A stretch of 64,000 bases of DNA from contig OX597815.1 in the NCBI GenBank assembly GCA_951406725.2, positions 34,658,001 to 34,722,000 on the forward strand, written 5' to 3'. This DNA is from Octopus vulgaris. Taxonomy: Eukaryota. Made by a program: the position numbers and the translations under genes. The notes under the pieces were generated by a model that was given only the letters and a program-made list of their open reading frames with translations, did no database searches and was not told the DNA's origin. Numbering within the stretch: position 1 is the first letter of the stretch; each line of letters begins with the position of its first letter. Below are positions 40,691 to 54,100 of the stretch, in pieces.

Positions 40691-42281
40691 AACAAACTTT
40701 TAAGTTGCCTACATTTCTGCTGAAATTCGAAAAAAACTTTGAGCTTCGCGCAAAATATTTGTTTTTATCTCATTAGAAAACAATCCGTATAGTAACTTAG
40801 ATTCATATCTAGCAGGATTTCTTATCAAATGCTAATAAAAATAGGTTAAATTAGTTTTAGCGGGTTGTTTCATTCATTTTTCTGAAACAATCTTGTCAGA
40901 TATTTAATACTGTCTGATTGTACATACGGAAACAGTTTCTTTCTCCAAAATGCCTTTGCAAAGATTAAAGCACAAATATATCTTATGGATGTGTGTGTGT
41001 TTCGAGAGTGATCCAGAGACCAAAAATTTCGTGTATTGTCCAGTGCACGAAACTCTCGCCCTTTGAGTCACTCTAACTTTTGCTAATTAAGAAAATATAT
41101 ATATACGTATGCACAGGCATGTAAATATGTTTAGACACACACACAACACATACACAGATATGCATACATATACACGTGCCTCTCTCTATATATATAGGCA
41201 TAAATATGTATATGTATATATGTATGTATGTATATAATATGTATTTTTGTGTGTATGTATACACATGATGTGCGTCTATTGTATCTATACACGCACAATC
41301 TTGATAAACATTTTTTTAGTAGGGAACACCAGTATCCCTGACTAGACAGACGTACAAATGAAGAGAGGTGTGATGTCTCCATGCTTTATTTACTGTTTCG
41401 TTTTTCCACTTTACTTTCGTAAAAATGTGTTCTTCATTACCGTAAAATAATTATAAATTATAATAATTTATTTTATTTTATTTTAAAACAGTAAACAGTA
41501 ATAAAATAAAACAAATTCCCCAAAGTTGTGAAAGTTAATTTTCGTCTCCGATAGATTTTTCCGTCAATGCTCGGTTCAGTTCCGAACAAAACCGAAATGT
41601 CACGGAAATATTTATATGACTTTTCGGCTGTTTCCGACACATTGTGTTTTGCTATCCTCTGTGCAGACAAAGAAAACTATAGAAAAATGGTTAAAGGAGA
41701 GAAAATCAAATTGTAAATGTAAAAATAATTTTAAACCGAAGAATTACTAATAAATTTATTCAACACGTATTTTTTTTTTAGAAAACATTTTGCTTATCTC
41801 AAAACATTAAAACATAATGTTCCTTATAGGGAATAACTAAATAAATAAGGGTGCAAGTTTGATATAAAACGTATGTGTGTAGTGAAAGAAAAGAAAAAAT
41901 ACTGCTTGTCCATTGTTGGTAAAGCTTCACTGCTTTTATTTAGTAAGCTTTCACTGGAGGTTGACAAAAGATTTGATTTGAACGTTATATTCAGACAATA
42001 GATAAGTTTAGTGTGAGGAAGTTGGGCTTTAGCTATATCGACCTTTCCCCCCTTTTATTTGTTAGGGGACTTCTAAATTGTCCTTTTTTATTTTTTTCGT
42101 GAATTTAAATAATAGTAGATTCAATTAGTGTGTATATTTTATGAAAATCGTATTTACTATATCTGTACGATTTACCGTATATTCATAATTTTATTAAACG
42201 TCACTTTTCGGTGAGTGTATTGAAGAGTGTATATATGTAGACACACGTACGCGCGCACTGAATGTGTAAATCTATATAGTA

Positions 42282-42312
<31 letters not shown>

Positions 42313-42362
42313 TTATATATATACATGTAATGTGTGTGTGGGTGTATATAGATGTATGCGTT

Positions 42363-42394
<32 letters not shown>

Positions 42395-42408
<14 letters not shown>

Positions 42409-42552
42409 ATGTGTGTGTGGGTGTATATAGATGTATGTGTTTGTATGTATATATATATCATCATCAACGTTAAACGACGATGATGATATATATATATATA
42501 CATACAAACACATACATGTATATACACCCACACACACATTACATGTATATAT
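42395..42552. repeat. Fold-back inverted duplication (about 70-bp arms) preceded by a direct copy
   Basis: TACATGTAATGTGTGTGTGGGTGTATATAGATGTATGTGTTTGTATG...ATCATCATC is mirrored by GATGATGAT...CATACAAACACATACATGTATATACACCCACACACACATTACATGTA. Confidence 0.9.
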
Positions 42553-43199
42553 TTATATATTCGCTCGAGTATACATATTTTGTGTGTATGGTTTTATATG
42601 AATGCATATTATTTACTTAATGTCTTATACATACATGCATGTATATAGCTATATAAATATTATGGTTGTTAACCAATAAATAACACCTAACATGAGAAAG
42701 GATTCAATATTGGGTGTAGAATAAAATTTAGTATGAGAAAAAGGAAAGGCTTTGTTGTGGCTTCAGTTAGAAGACTTGAGGCAGAGGAAACCTATTGCCA
42801 CAATATTGTTCCAGTCTAGGCTTAAGGCCGACCATACTGTAGCACCATTTTCAGAGTTGAATGTGCCCTTTGTCTTTAGTGCATGACCAGTACTTGGCAT
42901 GTGTATATACATAGAAATTTATAAAGTTTATCAGAGTAACTAACTACATGTGGAAGATCTCTATTTTGTCAATTATTTGTGATATCATTTAGATTATCCT
43001 TCCCACAAATTGTGTCTACTACAACCCTCTGTTTTTGTTCTTTTTTTAATATTGATTCACGGCATTTAGCCTTTGGGATGCATTAAACGACCCCAAATGT
43101 TGAGGGCTATATAACAGACAAAAAGGGCCAATATGTAGTTGTATTTGATATGTGATATGATAACAGCTGCATCACAACAACACCAGTCATGTCGATGAA

Positions 43200-43244
43200 G
43201 CATGTGCGTGTATATATAGATACATATGTATATTTATTTTCACA

Positions 43245-43283
<39 letters not shown>

Positions 43284-43319
43284 TGTGTGTATGTGTGTAT
43301 ATATGTGTGTGTATGTGTG

Positions 43320-43352
<33 letters not shown>

Positions 43353-43600
43353 ATATATATGTGTGTGTGTGTATGTGTGTATATATATGTGTGTATGTGT
43401 GTATACATATGTGTGTATGTGTGTGTATGTGTGTATACATATGTGTGTGTATGTGTGTATACATATGTGTGTGTATGTGTGTATACATGTGTGTGTGTAT
43501 ACTTATATATATGTGTGTGTGTGTGTGTATGTGTGTATACATATATGTCTGTGTGTGTATTTTTATGTATATATATATACAGACATACATACGCATACAC
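43200..43600. repeat. Compound (TG)/(TA) minisatellite
   Basis: Repeating TATGTGTGTATACATATGTG-like units. Confidence 0.93.
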
Positions 43601-44707
43601 ACTTGCATTCGTACGTACAATATAAACAAACTGAGCTAAGAACATTCGATAAACTGGCATTCGGTGATGCGAGAAAATAATGTTATAAACAAAGACCAAA
43701 GATGTGAAACAAAAATAAATTAAAGTTGCTTTTCAATCTCTGCACACAGTTCATTGTCATGTCTGCGTACTCATATACCTAGACATGAGTTTCTGCAAGT
43801 GATTCCAAGCAATGAAGATATTCTTCCAAAATCAGCGGGGAGGGCGGAGAGAGAGAAAGAGAAATATTATTTATTATATGAACTAAAAGGCAGCAGAGAC
43901 GGATGAGAGAGATAGAGATAGATAGAGAAGGAGCAAGCTTTCTTTGACTTCTAAATTAATGTCTGATAAATAAACTGTTGTTGCACCAATTATAGCTTTT
44001 TTTTTCTTCTTCTCCTTGTGCCATGTTACACATAACACGATTTTTCTCTTTGTCTGCTTGTCTTGTCTTCAGACATAATAATAATAATAATGTATCTCCA
44101 CCGACTGTCACATTCACACATACACAAACTCTTAAAAACAATAAAAAGCAAAGAATACAACCCAAAAGTTGTTATTTAATCTACTGTCGTGCTTTTTCTT
44201 CTAATGGCCTAAGCTTTGTTCTCCAATCTTTCTTATTAACTTATTATTATTATCATCTTATTCTTTCTTTTTCTATATTATTATTATCGTATTTGTTTCT
44301 CTGCTTATTTCGTAGCAATGTTGTACATATATATATGTATAAATATATATGTATATATATGTTCTCCCACCTTCTTTAATGACATACAAGCATGTGTGTA
44401 TGTATGTTACACACCACACATACATACATACATACATATACATGTATATGTGTTTAATCTCTTATCTTTGGCGACGGCTTCCGTTCTTTGTTCTTGGACC
44501 AATCTTTTGAACAATCGAAACAGTTCTTGAAACGTTTGCCTGAGACAAAGACTAGAAAATATATATAATAAATGTTTCTCTATATCTCAACCATTTATTG
44601 ACGTTCATTATTTGTTTATCTCTTTGCTCATCCTCCTTTCCGTTAATTAAAATGCTATGTTATTATTATATAAATACCTACATAATGTGTGTGTGTGTGT
44701 ATAACAC

Positions 44708-44744
<37 letters not shown>

Positions 44745-46015
44745 TATATAATTAATTCATTTTATGTATGTGTGTTTAAATATATTTATAATATATGCGT
44801 ATAATTTGTACATCATGTCATTTAAAAAAAATTTTCTTTTCCTTTTTTTCAACTGAATTTAAAATAAATTTATTTTCATATCTTGTTCATTCATATTAGT
44901 TACAAAGTTTCTTCGAAAGTTTTAGAACATGTTGCTAAGAGTTACATGAAATGTTAGCTGCACTTTTTAAGTCAGTAAAAATATTTGTATTATAATTAAT
45001 TATGCGGAAGAACCTAGTCATGTTGACCTGGTTTGGATTTCTTTCTCTGCTGTATCCATTTTCATCTTACGTCGCTAAAATGCAAATAAGAAAGGCATGA
45101 AGTCCATCCAGAAACTTGCATTCTATTTCTTTTCTAAACATTGTTTCCCGGTGTTTTTGTTTCAACCATTAAATCCAATATGAATTAATTATGTTAAGTG
45201 ATTGGATAAATTATGTTAATGAATATATTTGTTTTTCAATGATTAATTATGTTAATGCATTATTAGCATTAACATAAGTGGTCATTGAAAACAAATATAT
45301 AGATTGCCTATATAAAACAATACTTGAACTCTATGAAGAATCTAGAAGAAAAAAAAAGTTGTAATTATCTAAACTTTTCAGATTAAAAGAGTCTTGTTAT
45401 TTTTGAAAACTTGCAAAATTACTCTGGTGTTAAGCTTTAAACATCTCGCTAGCTATATAATTTTGAAAGTATTTCCACTACCATCATCATCATCATCATG
45501 TTTTCTTATTTACATGTTTCTTACGTGTGTGTGTATGTGTGAGTATATATGATGTGTGTGTGTGTGTGTGTATATATGATGTGTGTGTATATATATATAA
45601 ATATATAATATGTATGTATGTATCGCTTCCAATCTGCCCCCACCCCCACCGCTTCTGCCGGTCTAGCACCACTCGAATGGTAGCATTACTATGATGAAAT
45701 TCACAAACTTGGCATTGCTAAAACATCACCATCAGCTTACACACACGACCACCACCACCTCGTTCTCTCTCTTTATCTCTCTCTCTCTCCCCCATATGCC
45801 TCATCCCTTTCTCTCAGATGACTCAGCATTATATTACTTCCATTCAGACGCAGCTCAGCATCCCCACCCCCACCCATTCACCCACATCTCTCTCTCTTCC
45901 TCCCACTCCCTCCCTCCCCTTCGTGCACATTGTGTGTTTCTGCAGTTGTCGTTGCTGATGATGATGATGATGATGGCTGCGGATAGCAGCAGTAGTAGTA
46001 GTAATAGCTGAAGAT

Positions 46016-46046
<31 letters not shown>

Positions 46047-46226
46047 CGATGATTTGGTGGTGGTGGTGGTGGTATTGGTTATGATGTTGCTGTGTGTGTG
46101 TGTGTGTGTGTGTGTATGTTTTTCCTTTCAGTAAGTATATTTAGTTGAAGAAGCTTTAATATGTTTGTTGACATGGTTGCAGCTCCTGGTGCTGCTGTTG
46201 ATGCTGCTGCTGCTGTTGCTAGTTAC

Positions 46227-46262
<36 letters not shown>

Positions 46263-46369
46263 CACCGCCGCCTTCGCCGCCGCCACTCGCAACGATGTCG
46301 TCGGTATGCTTATTTTCAATGTTACTATCAGTACATTGCTGCGAGTTTTTTTAGAGGCACAGCGGGGAG

Positions 46370-46613
46370 TCTCTTAGCAAGTCTAGCTAGAAATAGCTAC
46401 CAAATCCCTCCCCTCCCATTTAAAAGGAACCAAAAAGAATAATAATAAAAAAAAAATCTATGTTACAAAACGTTGGATAATGTTGTTAGTCCTCCTAGTA
46501 AGATATATATTTATATATATGTAACGTTGTGAGAATGTAAATGGGATGGTCACTTTTGAAACGTCTTCAATTCAAAGCTGGTTTTGGAGTTTAAGCAATA
46601 ACAAAGCTATATA

Positions 46614-46676
<63 letters not shown>

Positions 46677-47390
46677 GTGTTACAATAGTGCTGCTATCAC
46701 TATTGCTGCTGCCACTTCTACTACTACAACTACTACTGCATTATAATGTACTACTACATTTATTGTAGTAATAGTATATAAACTATACTAGCAATTGGTA
46801 ATATTATTACTAGTATTATAGTAGTTACTGTTAAGCATGGTTATACATATGTATGTATGTATGTATGCACCTTTGTGGTCGTTCTATCTTAGTCTGTTAG
46901 AAATAGTGACTAAATACTCTCAGATTGTGTAACTGTATTGCCTTGGAAAAATGAAGATGTTTTGCAAAACAATCTTATACCGATAGGCTGGTCACAGCTG
47001 GAACGTCTACGATCAGGTCTTCTCAATCAGAGACTCTCTGACTTGAGCTAAAAAAAGGGGGGAAGAAAAAAAAAACATTTTATCAACTGTCATTGTTATA
47101 AACCACTAATGAAACTTTTGTTGTTGTTGAAGTTTATGACACTACTACTACTACTACTACTAGTATTAGTAGTAGTAATAGTAGTAGTAGTAGTAGGAAA
47201 TGTTGGTGTCTCTGTATTGCTTTAGAAATAACAGCCAAATCTCCCTCACTATCTTAGCAAAAAAAAACCCCGAAACAAATAACACATGTAGTGTAACATA
47301 CTCTTAGGATTGGATGGATGGATGGTCATGGCAGGAATGCCTTTAGTTATAAGTCTTTTGAAACAAGAGTTGACCTAGGTATAAACTACT
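46370..47390 (+). mobile_element. Three family D copies separated by (TAC)/(TAG) triplet repeats
   Basis: TAGAAATAGCTACCAAAT (46388), TAGAAATAGTGACTAAAT (46898) and TAGAAATAACAGCCAAAT (47223), each with a GGTCA.GCTGGAA..C-like segment and a CTAAA/TAAAC-like tail. Confidence 0.65.
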
Positions 47391-49094
47391 TCTGCTGCTG
47401 CTGCTGTTGTCATTGCACTGTCTGCTGCAACTTTACTACTGCACCTAGCTTTTGCAGCTGCTCTTGAGCTGTGTTGTTACTGCTGCAGCTCTATCTGCTG
47501 CATGCTACCAACCATCATAATCACCGACACCATCACCATCACCACCATTATCATCACCAATGCCCACCGCTGCCACCTTCACCCACCCTCACTTGGCTTT
47601 ATTACTTCTGCTGCAGTATAACTTTTGATTCTATGCAGTTGATATTTGATGGTTGAAGTACTTTCTGGAAGAATTCCTTTGTTAGAGAGTCTGTCTGCCC
47701 AGATGCCATGTAGAACAGTATATTGTTGTAAAACACTGCTGCCATCTTCAGCTAGGCTTCTTTTGCAGACACTCAAGATTGCATTCCCCTCCACCCACCA
47801 TTTTCTTTATCCTTTTTTTTTTTTCTGTTTAATATAGTTGTTGGTTGATGTCTTTGACATTATTCACATCATCATCATTGTCGCTGCTATCATCATCATC
47901 GTCAAAACACTTTTACAATATGTACCACCATCATCACTACTATTATCATCATTAAAACACATTTACAATATCCATCACTACCATCATCATCATCATCATT
48001 ATCAGCTCTATTTGTAGTAGACACATTGTTAAGTCTGTCACCATTTTTTATCTTTATTTTCTACCTTAGAACATTTGCCAAAACCAGAAACCACAGTCAT
48101 TTACCTTATCTTTATAACCACCACAACCACCACCATTATCATCCTCATCATCGCTTCCACCATCATCACCATTGCGATTATTGTACCATGATACTTAGAA
48201 TTAACCACCCAGTAATCCTAATGCACCACCATCACTGGTTTGACCATTGTGATCATTGTTATTACCCAGATAAACCAATGTTTTTAGATTAGTACTTTTT
48301 CTGAAACCAGAATTTTATCTGTTACGGTTACATATTTATCATTTTTCATCATAGTTAAACCAGTGTTTTGCAGCTTAAAGCTGTACAAAATTTAATTGAT
48401 ATTTTGTCAATTAGATGACTATTAATTAGACTAAACAGCTCTTTAATTAGACCAATATTTTATTAATTAAAGCAAATCTATCAGTAAAGAAATGTCTCTT
48501 CATGTTGGCTATTTGAAGACGCTGATTTTGTATCAGTTTAGTTACTATTACATTAAGGTTGTTAAAACCAAACAATCGAGTTTAAGAGCCACAGAAATAA
48601 AAAATTTTTTACAGTGGTATGTCAGAAGTAATTTCACTTCACCCACTGTCCTTTTTTTTTTTCTTCTTTATACTAGTGGGGGTTTGATGGGTTTACTTTT
48701 GGCTATACTTTTGGCTTCAACTCAAGTGTACACACAACAATGCCCATTATAAAGAATTCCCCTGTTTACAAATAAACAGGCATGCGAATAGCATGAACCA
48801 CCTTGTAGATTTAAAGAGATTAATTCTATTTCTTTTCATCATTGTCGTCTGCATTTCCAGCAATTTGGCAATTTGACAGATTCCAAGGGCCTGCAGAGAA
48901 CAACTTCCATATTCAGGTTATTTTCTGTATGTCTTCCTTGGCTGCCATCTCTCTTGTACTTATAGCAACACTTCCCATCCAATATGCAATTCTCCATCCA
49001 TCCAGCCTACCAACACTCTCACTCAACATGGTATTGGCTGTTCTCCCAACCTATATTGTTTGTTCTTTTTACATGTTCATACCATTTACTTTAT

Positions 49095-49133
<39 letters not shown>

Positions 49134-49499
49134 GCGTATTTTATTCTATAATATATTCTATCATATTTCTATCAGGTTGGTGATCTGACCTTCAGATAAA
49201 TTTATAAATGTAAATATCGCCTTATGCTATTATAGCTTAATTCTTTTGTTAATGTTCATCCTTCCGAGGTTGATAAATTAAGTACCAGTTGAGTAATGGG
49301 GGGTCAATGTAAATGGCTTATCCCCTCCTTGAAATTGTTGGTCCTGTGCCAAAATTTGAGGCCAATATGTTTTTTGTTGAAATACACTGCTTTTTGTTTT
49401 TATTAATTTTAAAAATAATGAAGAATTTAGTAAATTATGAAATTCTGGTGGAAGATTATAATTTAGGTTACTCTAAAACAAGCTTCTTTTTTTTTTTTT

Positions 49500-49718
49500 T
49501 TTTTGCCCACAAGGAGCTAAACAAAGGGGACAAACAAGGACAGACAAAGGGATTAAGTTGATTACATTGACCCCAGTGTGCAACTGGTACTTAATTTATC
49601 AACCCCAAAAGATGAAAGGCAAAGTCGACCTTGGCAGAATTTGAATCAGAACGTAACGGCAGACGAAATATCGCTAAGCATTTCGCCTGGCGTGCTAACG
49701 TTTCTGCCAGCTCGCCTT
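49500..49718 (-). mobile_element. SINE family B
   Basis: Same element as 20822-21008, with several CpG>TpG/CpA changes. Confidence 0.9.
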
Positions 49719-49904
49719 CTAAAACAAGCTTTATCAAATGGACTACATTTCATCTACTGTTTAATCACTGTTGTCTTTTATTTTAATATCTATTCTCCAG
49801 GCTTGTATATTAGTGTTTTGCTTCCCGCCATGCCAATGTGTAGTAAAGAAGCTTGCTTCTCAACCAAATTGTCTCAGGTTCAGTCTCATGGCATGCCACC
49901 ATGT

Positions 49905-50135
49905 GGAGGCGCATGGCTTAATGGTTAAGGTGTTGAGCTCCTGATTGTAAGATTGTGGTTTTGATTCCTGGACTGGGGCAACGCATTGTGTTCTTGAGCA
50001 AAACACTTCATTTCACTTTGCTCCAGTCCACTCAGCTGGCAAAAAGGAGTAATCTTGTGACAGACTGGTGACCTGTCCAGGTGGGGAAACTGGGAAACCA
50101 GCCCTTATGAATCAGCATGACTCGAAGGTTAACTT
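49905..50135 (+). mobile_element. SINE family C head with a third tail type
   Basis: GGAGGCGCATGGCTTAATGGTTAAG...GTGTTCTTGAGCAAAACACTT...GACTGGTGACCTGTCCAGG. Confidence 0.8.
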
Positions 50136-50834
50136 TACCATACCATGACACCTTGGGCAAGTGTCTTCTACTATAGTCTCAGGCTGACCAATTACATTGT
50201 ATCTGTAATCATCATCATCGTCATCATCATTTCAACATCATGGGTTGGGCAGAGTTACTAACTCCCATTTGTTTCCAAGCAAATTAATATTTCCCAATAT
50301 TTCACAGACATGAATGACATTGCTTGGATAGCAGTGACATTTTCAACTATCACACAGTGTAAATACAAAGCAACACAAGCATATACATTCACGGACATAG
50401 TTTCTGTGTGCCAAATCCACTCAGCGCTTTGTTCTGCCCAATTCTATACTAGAAGATACTTGCCCAAAGTGTCATGCACTGGGACTGAACTTGAAACTGT
50501 GTGAGTGGGAAGCAAGCCTTTTAACTACACAACCATGCCTCTTGTGTGTGTGTGTAATCATTAATTCTGCAATATTCCCCCAGATATAATTACTTGCATA
50601 CATTAACATTACCCTGATGTAAAAAGTATCCTTATTGCTCATCGAAGCTTTCTATTTTGTCATTTTCTTACCACAAGAAAATAAACTAGAGAAAGAAGCA
50701 TCAGAATTCATTAATAATAGATGTTTACACTTTTTAAAATCTCAAATTATAAATCTTTTTCAATGCCAAGTTTTTTATTGTAGAAATTGTAAAATTGCAG
50801 TCAATGGTAGATCTCGTTCCTTCTCTACATAGTA

Positions 50835-51548
50835 ATTGTTCTTGGTCTTGAAGTTCAAGGGCAGTTCTCTTTAAGAAGATCTATAAGGAATAGGCTCAGC
50901 CTTCGCTATCCATGTTTTGACACCCCCACTCCCCGATTTTTTTTTTAGAGCTAACAAGATGTGATTTGAGGTAGATAGGGTTACTATCTTTGGTAGGTCA
51001 AGCAACCGCATAGTTGTTCCCTTGTTGACTTTTGTTTTGCATAGTGTTGTCGGCTGATTGGTCAGTTGCTCACTGCAGGAAATATTTTCTGTTGAAAGGA
51101 TGGAGATATTTGAATAATCTAATCCAATTCATCTCCTGTTTGAAATAGTTTATCACCTGCTTCTTCATCAGTATCATATCACCATCATGGGGTTCTTGTT
51201 TTATTGTGTTCTCCATCATTATCTTTGCTGCTCTCCACATTATCATACTTCATGATCGTTGTCGTCGTCGTCATCATCATCATCATCATCAATCAACACT
51301 GCTGCCACCATCAAGTGATCAAGGGACCCTCTTTGCAGTCACTCAACTTGCTAGATATAGCAATCTCCCTCAAATCACATTGCTGTGTTTTTTTTTTGTT
51401 GTTTTTTTCTAAACAAAGAACACATTAGATTATGTACTCCTAGATGCTCTTATGAAAAAAAGAAAGTGGGGGAAAAAAGATAGTCACATTCAGAGGGCTT
51501 TGGCAATAAGTCTACCCACTTAGAACTAACTTGAGGCTAAGTCACAAC
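50835..51548. mobile_element. Two family D copies (minus, then plus)
   Basis: GTGATTTGAGGTAGATAGGG...GGTCAAGCAACC (-) and CACTCAACTTGCTAGATATAGCAATCTCCCTCAAATCAC...GAGGCTAAG (+). Confidence 0.6.
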
Positions 51549-52170
51549 CACTACCACCATCTCCTCAGCAACAACCATTGTTCATTTTCTTATTTTGTCT
51601 TGTTTCCTCATGTTACCTGTAACAGGTGTTGAGGCTTAGTTACCTATATTGCATTTATGCAACACCTATGTTACTGACGGCATTTCTATAATGTCAGCTT
51701 CATGCGTTTTATGTGATAATATTTGATTTAACAATAATAATGTTCTTCAGATTTCAACCGTTGTGGTATCGGGATACTAATATTGCAGCAAGTGGCCTGT
51801 GTCCGTTATAATTCCCATCTAACTTATCCAGGTGTTGCCTTTAGTAATAGCTGTGACATTTAAAATCAATACCCTTAAATATCGACCAATCATTTTGGCT
51901 GTTGTCAACTTGTTACGGTGACCTTTTCGCTTCCTCCATTTATAATCTTTTCAGCATATCGGTGTCTGCAGTTCTTACAATGGACAAATAACTCACAGAA
52001 AGGAATCAGATGTCTTTATCTTACTTATTCACTAACAGAAGCTATTAGGATCAATGGTTGTTTAACAATGCCATCTGGACTCCTACTCTTTTTAAGCTTC
52101 TGGCTTAGTTATGTATGATATATATAAAAAAAAAAAAAAAAAATATCATATATTTCATGTTATGTATGCA

Positions 52171-52227
<57 letters not shown>

Positions 52228-52406
52228 GTACGTGTATATATATGTACATGTGTACGTGTATATATATGTACATGTGTACGTGTATATATATATGTACATG
52301 TGTATATATATATGTACATGTGTATGTATACATATATGTGTGTGTGTGTATATCTGTGGAAGTTAGAGCTGTAAGCATTCAATAAGGTTGTATATCTTAT
52401 AACCCA

Positions 52407-52437
<31 letters not shown>

Positions 52438-52902
52438 TTCTTTAAGAGTTATTTGAGCTCTTCTCAGAATTCGCATTCAAGCCAGTTACTTACTTTACAA
52501 GGTGATAAGGCCTTATTGATCGAGTCAAGTCAGCTCCAGGGATTTGTGAATATATGAGTTAGTTGTATACATGATGTTTGAATGAATATACTAGCACTGA
52601 TGTAGTGAGTACAGACACACACACACACACGCACGTGCTAGTGTGTGTGATTACTTTGTTTCCGTATGATATATGAATACATGAGATTCTGTGCATATGT
52701 CCATTCCAGGGAATTCAAATGGAGGATCTTTGAAATGCTTTCCAACTCTCCTTCACTGTTATGGTTAATCAATTGTATTTAGGAAATAAAAGTCAGTTTG
52801 CTTCATTCTTTTGGGGAAAATCCTAGAATTTCTTGAACCCAGTATCATTTAACTGGCACATAATGCATATCATGTGTGTGTGTGTGTACAAAATTAAAAT
52901 GG

Positions 52903-52933
<31 letters not shown>

Positions 52934-53070
52934 GAGCCTTTCTGGTGACGTCGATGTTCGCCTGGGGCTAAATGCAACAGTAACACCCCCACCACCCTGC
53001 CCTGTCCCTAGCCATATTCAGATGGCTTTAGTCCCTTATGTTATATATATATATATATATATATACATAC

Positions 53071-53101
<31 letters not shown>

Positions 53102-53887
53102 CTGTTTTTATGTCAAGTTATATATATAAACAAATTAACAATAAACTGAAGGATTACTCAATAATTTTTGGTAGAATACGTGTCTAGTGAACGTTTACCA
53201 GGAAGCTGGAGAGAGACTTCGGGTTTCAGCTTTTTAGCCTTCATCAGACTTATATATAGTGTGTGTGTGTAATTGGTACGAATAAGCAGCTAAACCCACA
53301 AGTGTCCTCTTCTTCTACAACTTGAGATGAAGCATTCACATCTGAATAGGGCAAGGTATATCATTCTTGTAGGTAGGATGTAATTTATCAACCACAGGAC
53401 CAATAGAAGCAACCCTTCTCTTCAATATTATTGGTATCCTCTAGCTTATTGGATTTATAATAATGGACATAACCTTCTGCTAAAATGAATTTTTCTCCTC
53501 CAAGTTACCCTTGAAGTAGTTTATCCAGCTTTCCTTGGATCACATGAAACAGCTGTACACTAGACTACCTTTTCAGTTCTTCAACTATTTTTAATGCGAA
53601 ATACACATGTGATGTACTCATTTGTTTTATTCAGGATATTGCAATGTGGTACTCCAGGGAACTTTTTTAACCAATTATCACAAAATATATTTATTTATGC
53701 CGACATTAGCCCCTTGATTTGAAAGGAAGGAAAATCATAGATTTTTTTAATTCAAAAGGTTTATTTAATCTATTTATATGGAGAATACATAATAAATATA
53801 AGAAATATAAAACTAATGCAATAAAATAAATTAATATCCTCATTATGAAACAAAAGGATTTTTCTAGAGACTTTTCCACTTAAGGTT

Positions 53888-54100
53888 TTGGAGAAATGAT
53901 GTTGTTTCATTTTTGTTACAATTGCATCAAAATTGGGGCATTTTGATGCACAAGCAAGTTGGATACAGTCTTCGGAGTCCAATTAACTATTCTGCTTTGT
54001 TTTTATGTTCATTAGAGTGGAAAATCCTTGTTTGCAAAGGTAGATTGTTGCAAAAGGCAGCAACTTTTTGACTGCCTCCTCATACCGAAAGAAAAATTTC
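53888..54100 (-). mobile_element. hAT (Buster-like) transposase C-terminal dimerisation-domain fragment
   Basis: EAVKKLLPFATIYLCKQGFSTLMNIKTKQNS*LDSEDCIQLACASKCPNFDAIVTKMKQHHFS. Confidence 0.88.

Noticed and set aside
41265-41345. C/D-box snoRNA-like spacing (ATGATGT...CTGA)
   Set aside because: Imperfect C box, no terminal stem and no recognisable rRNA complement.
42840-42862. TAGCACCATTTT resembling miR-29
   Set aside because: There is no complementary 5' arm, and the context matches a decayed reverse SINE-A tail (GCCATGCTGGAGCACC).
48862-48916. Possible plus-strand exon after the TCTGCATTTCCAG acceptor
   Set aside because: Weak donor (GTTATT) and unrecognised peptide; not distinguishable from chance.
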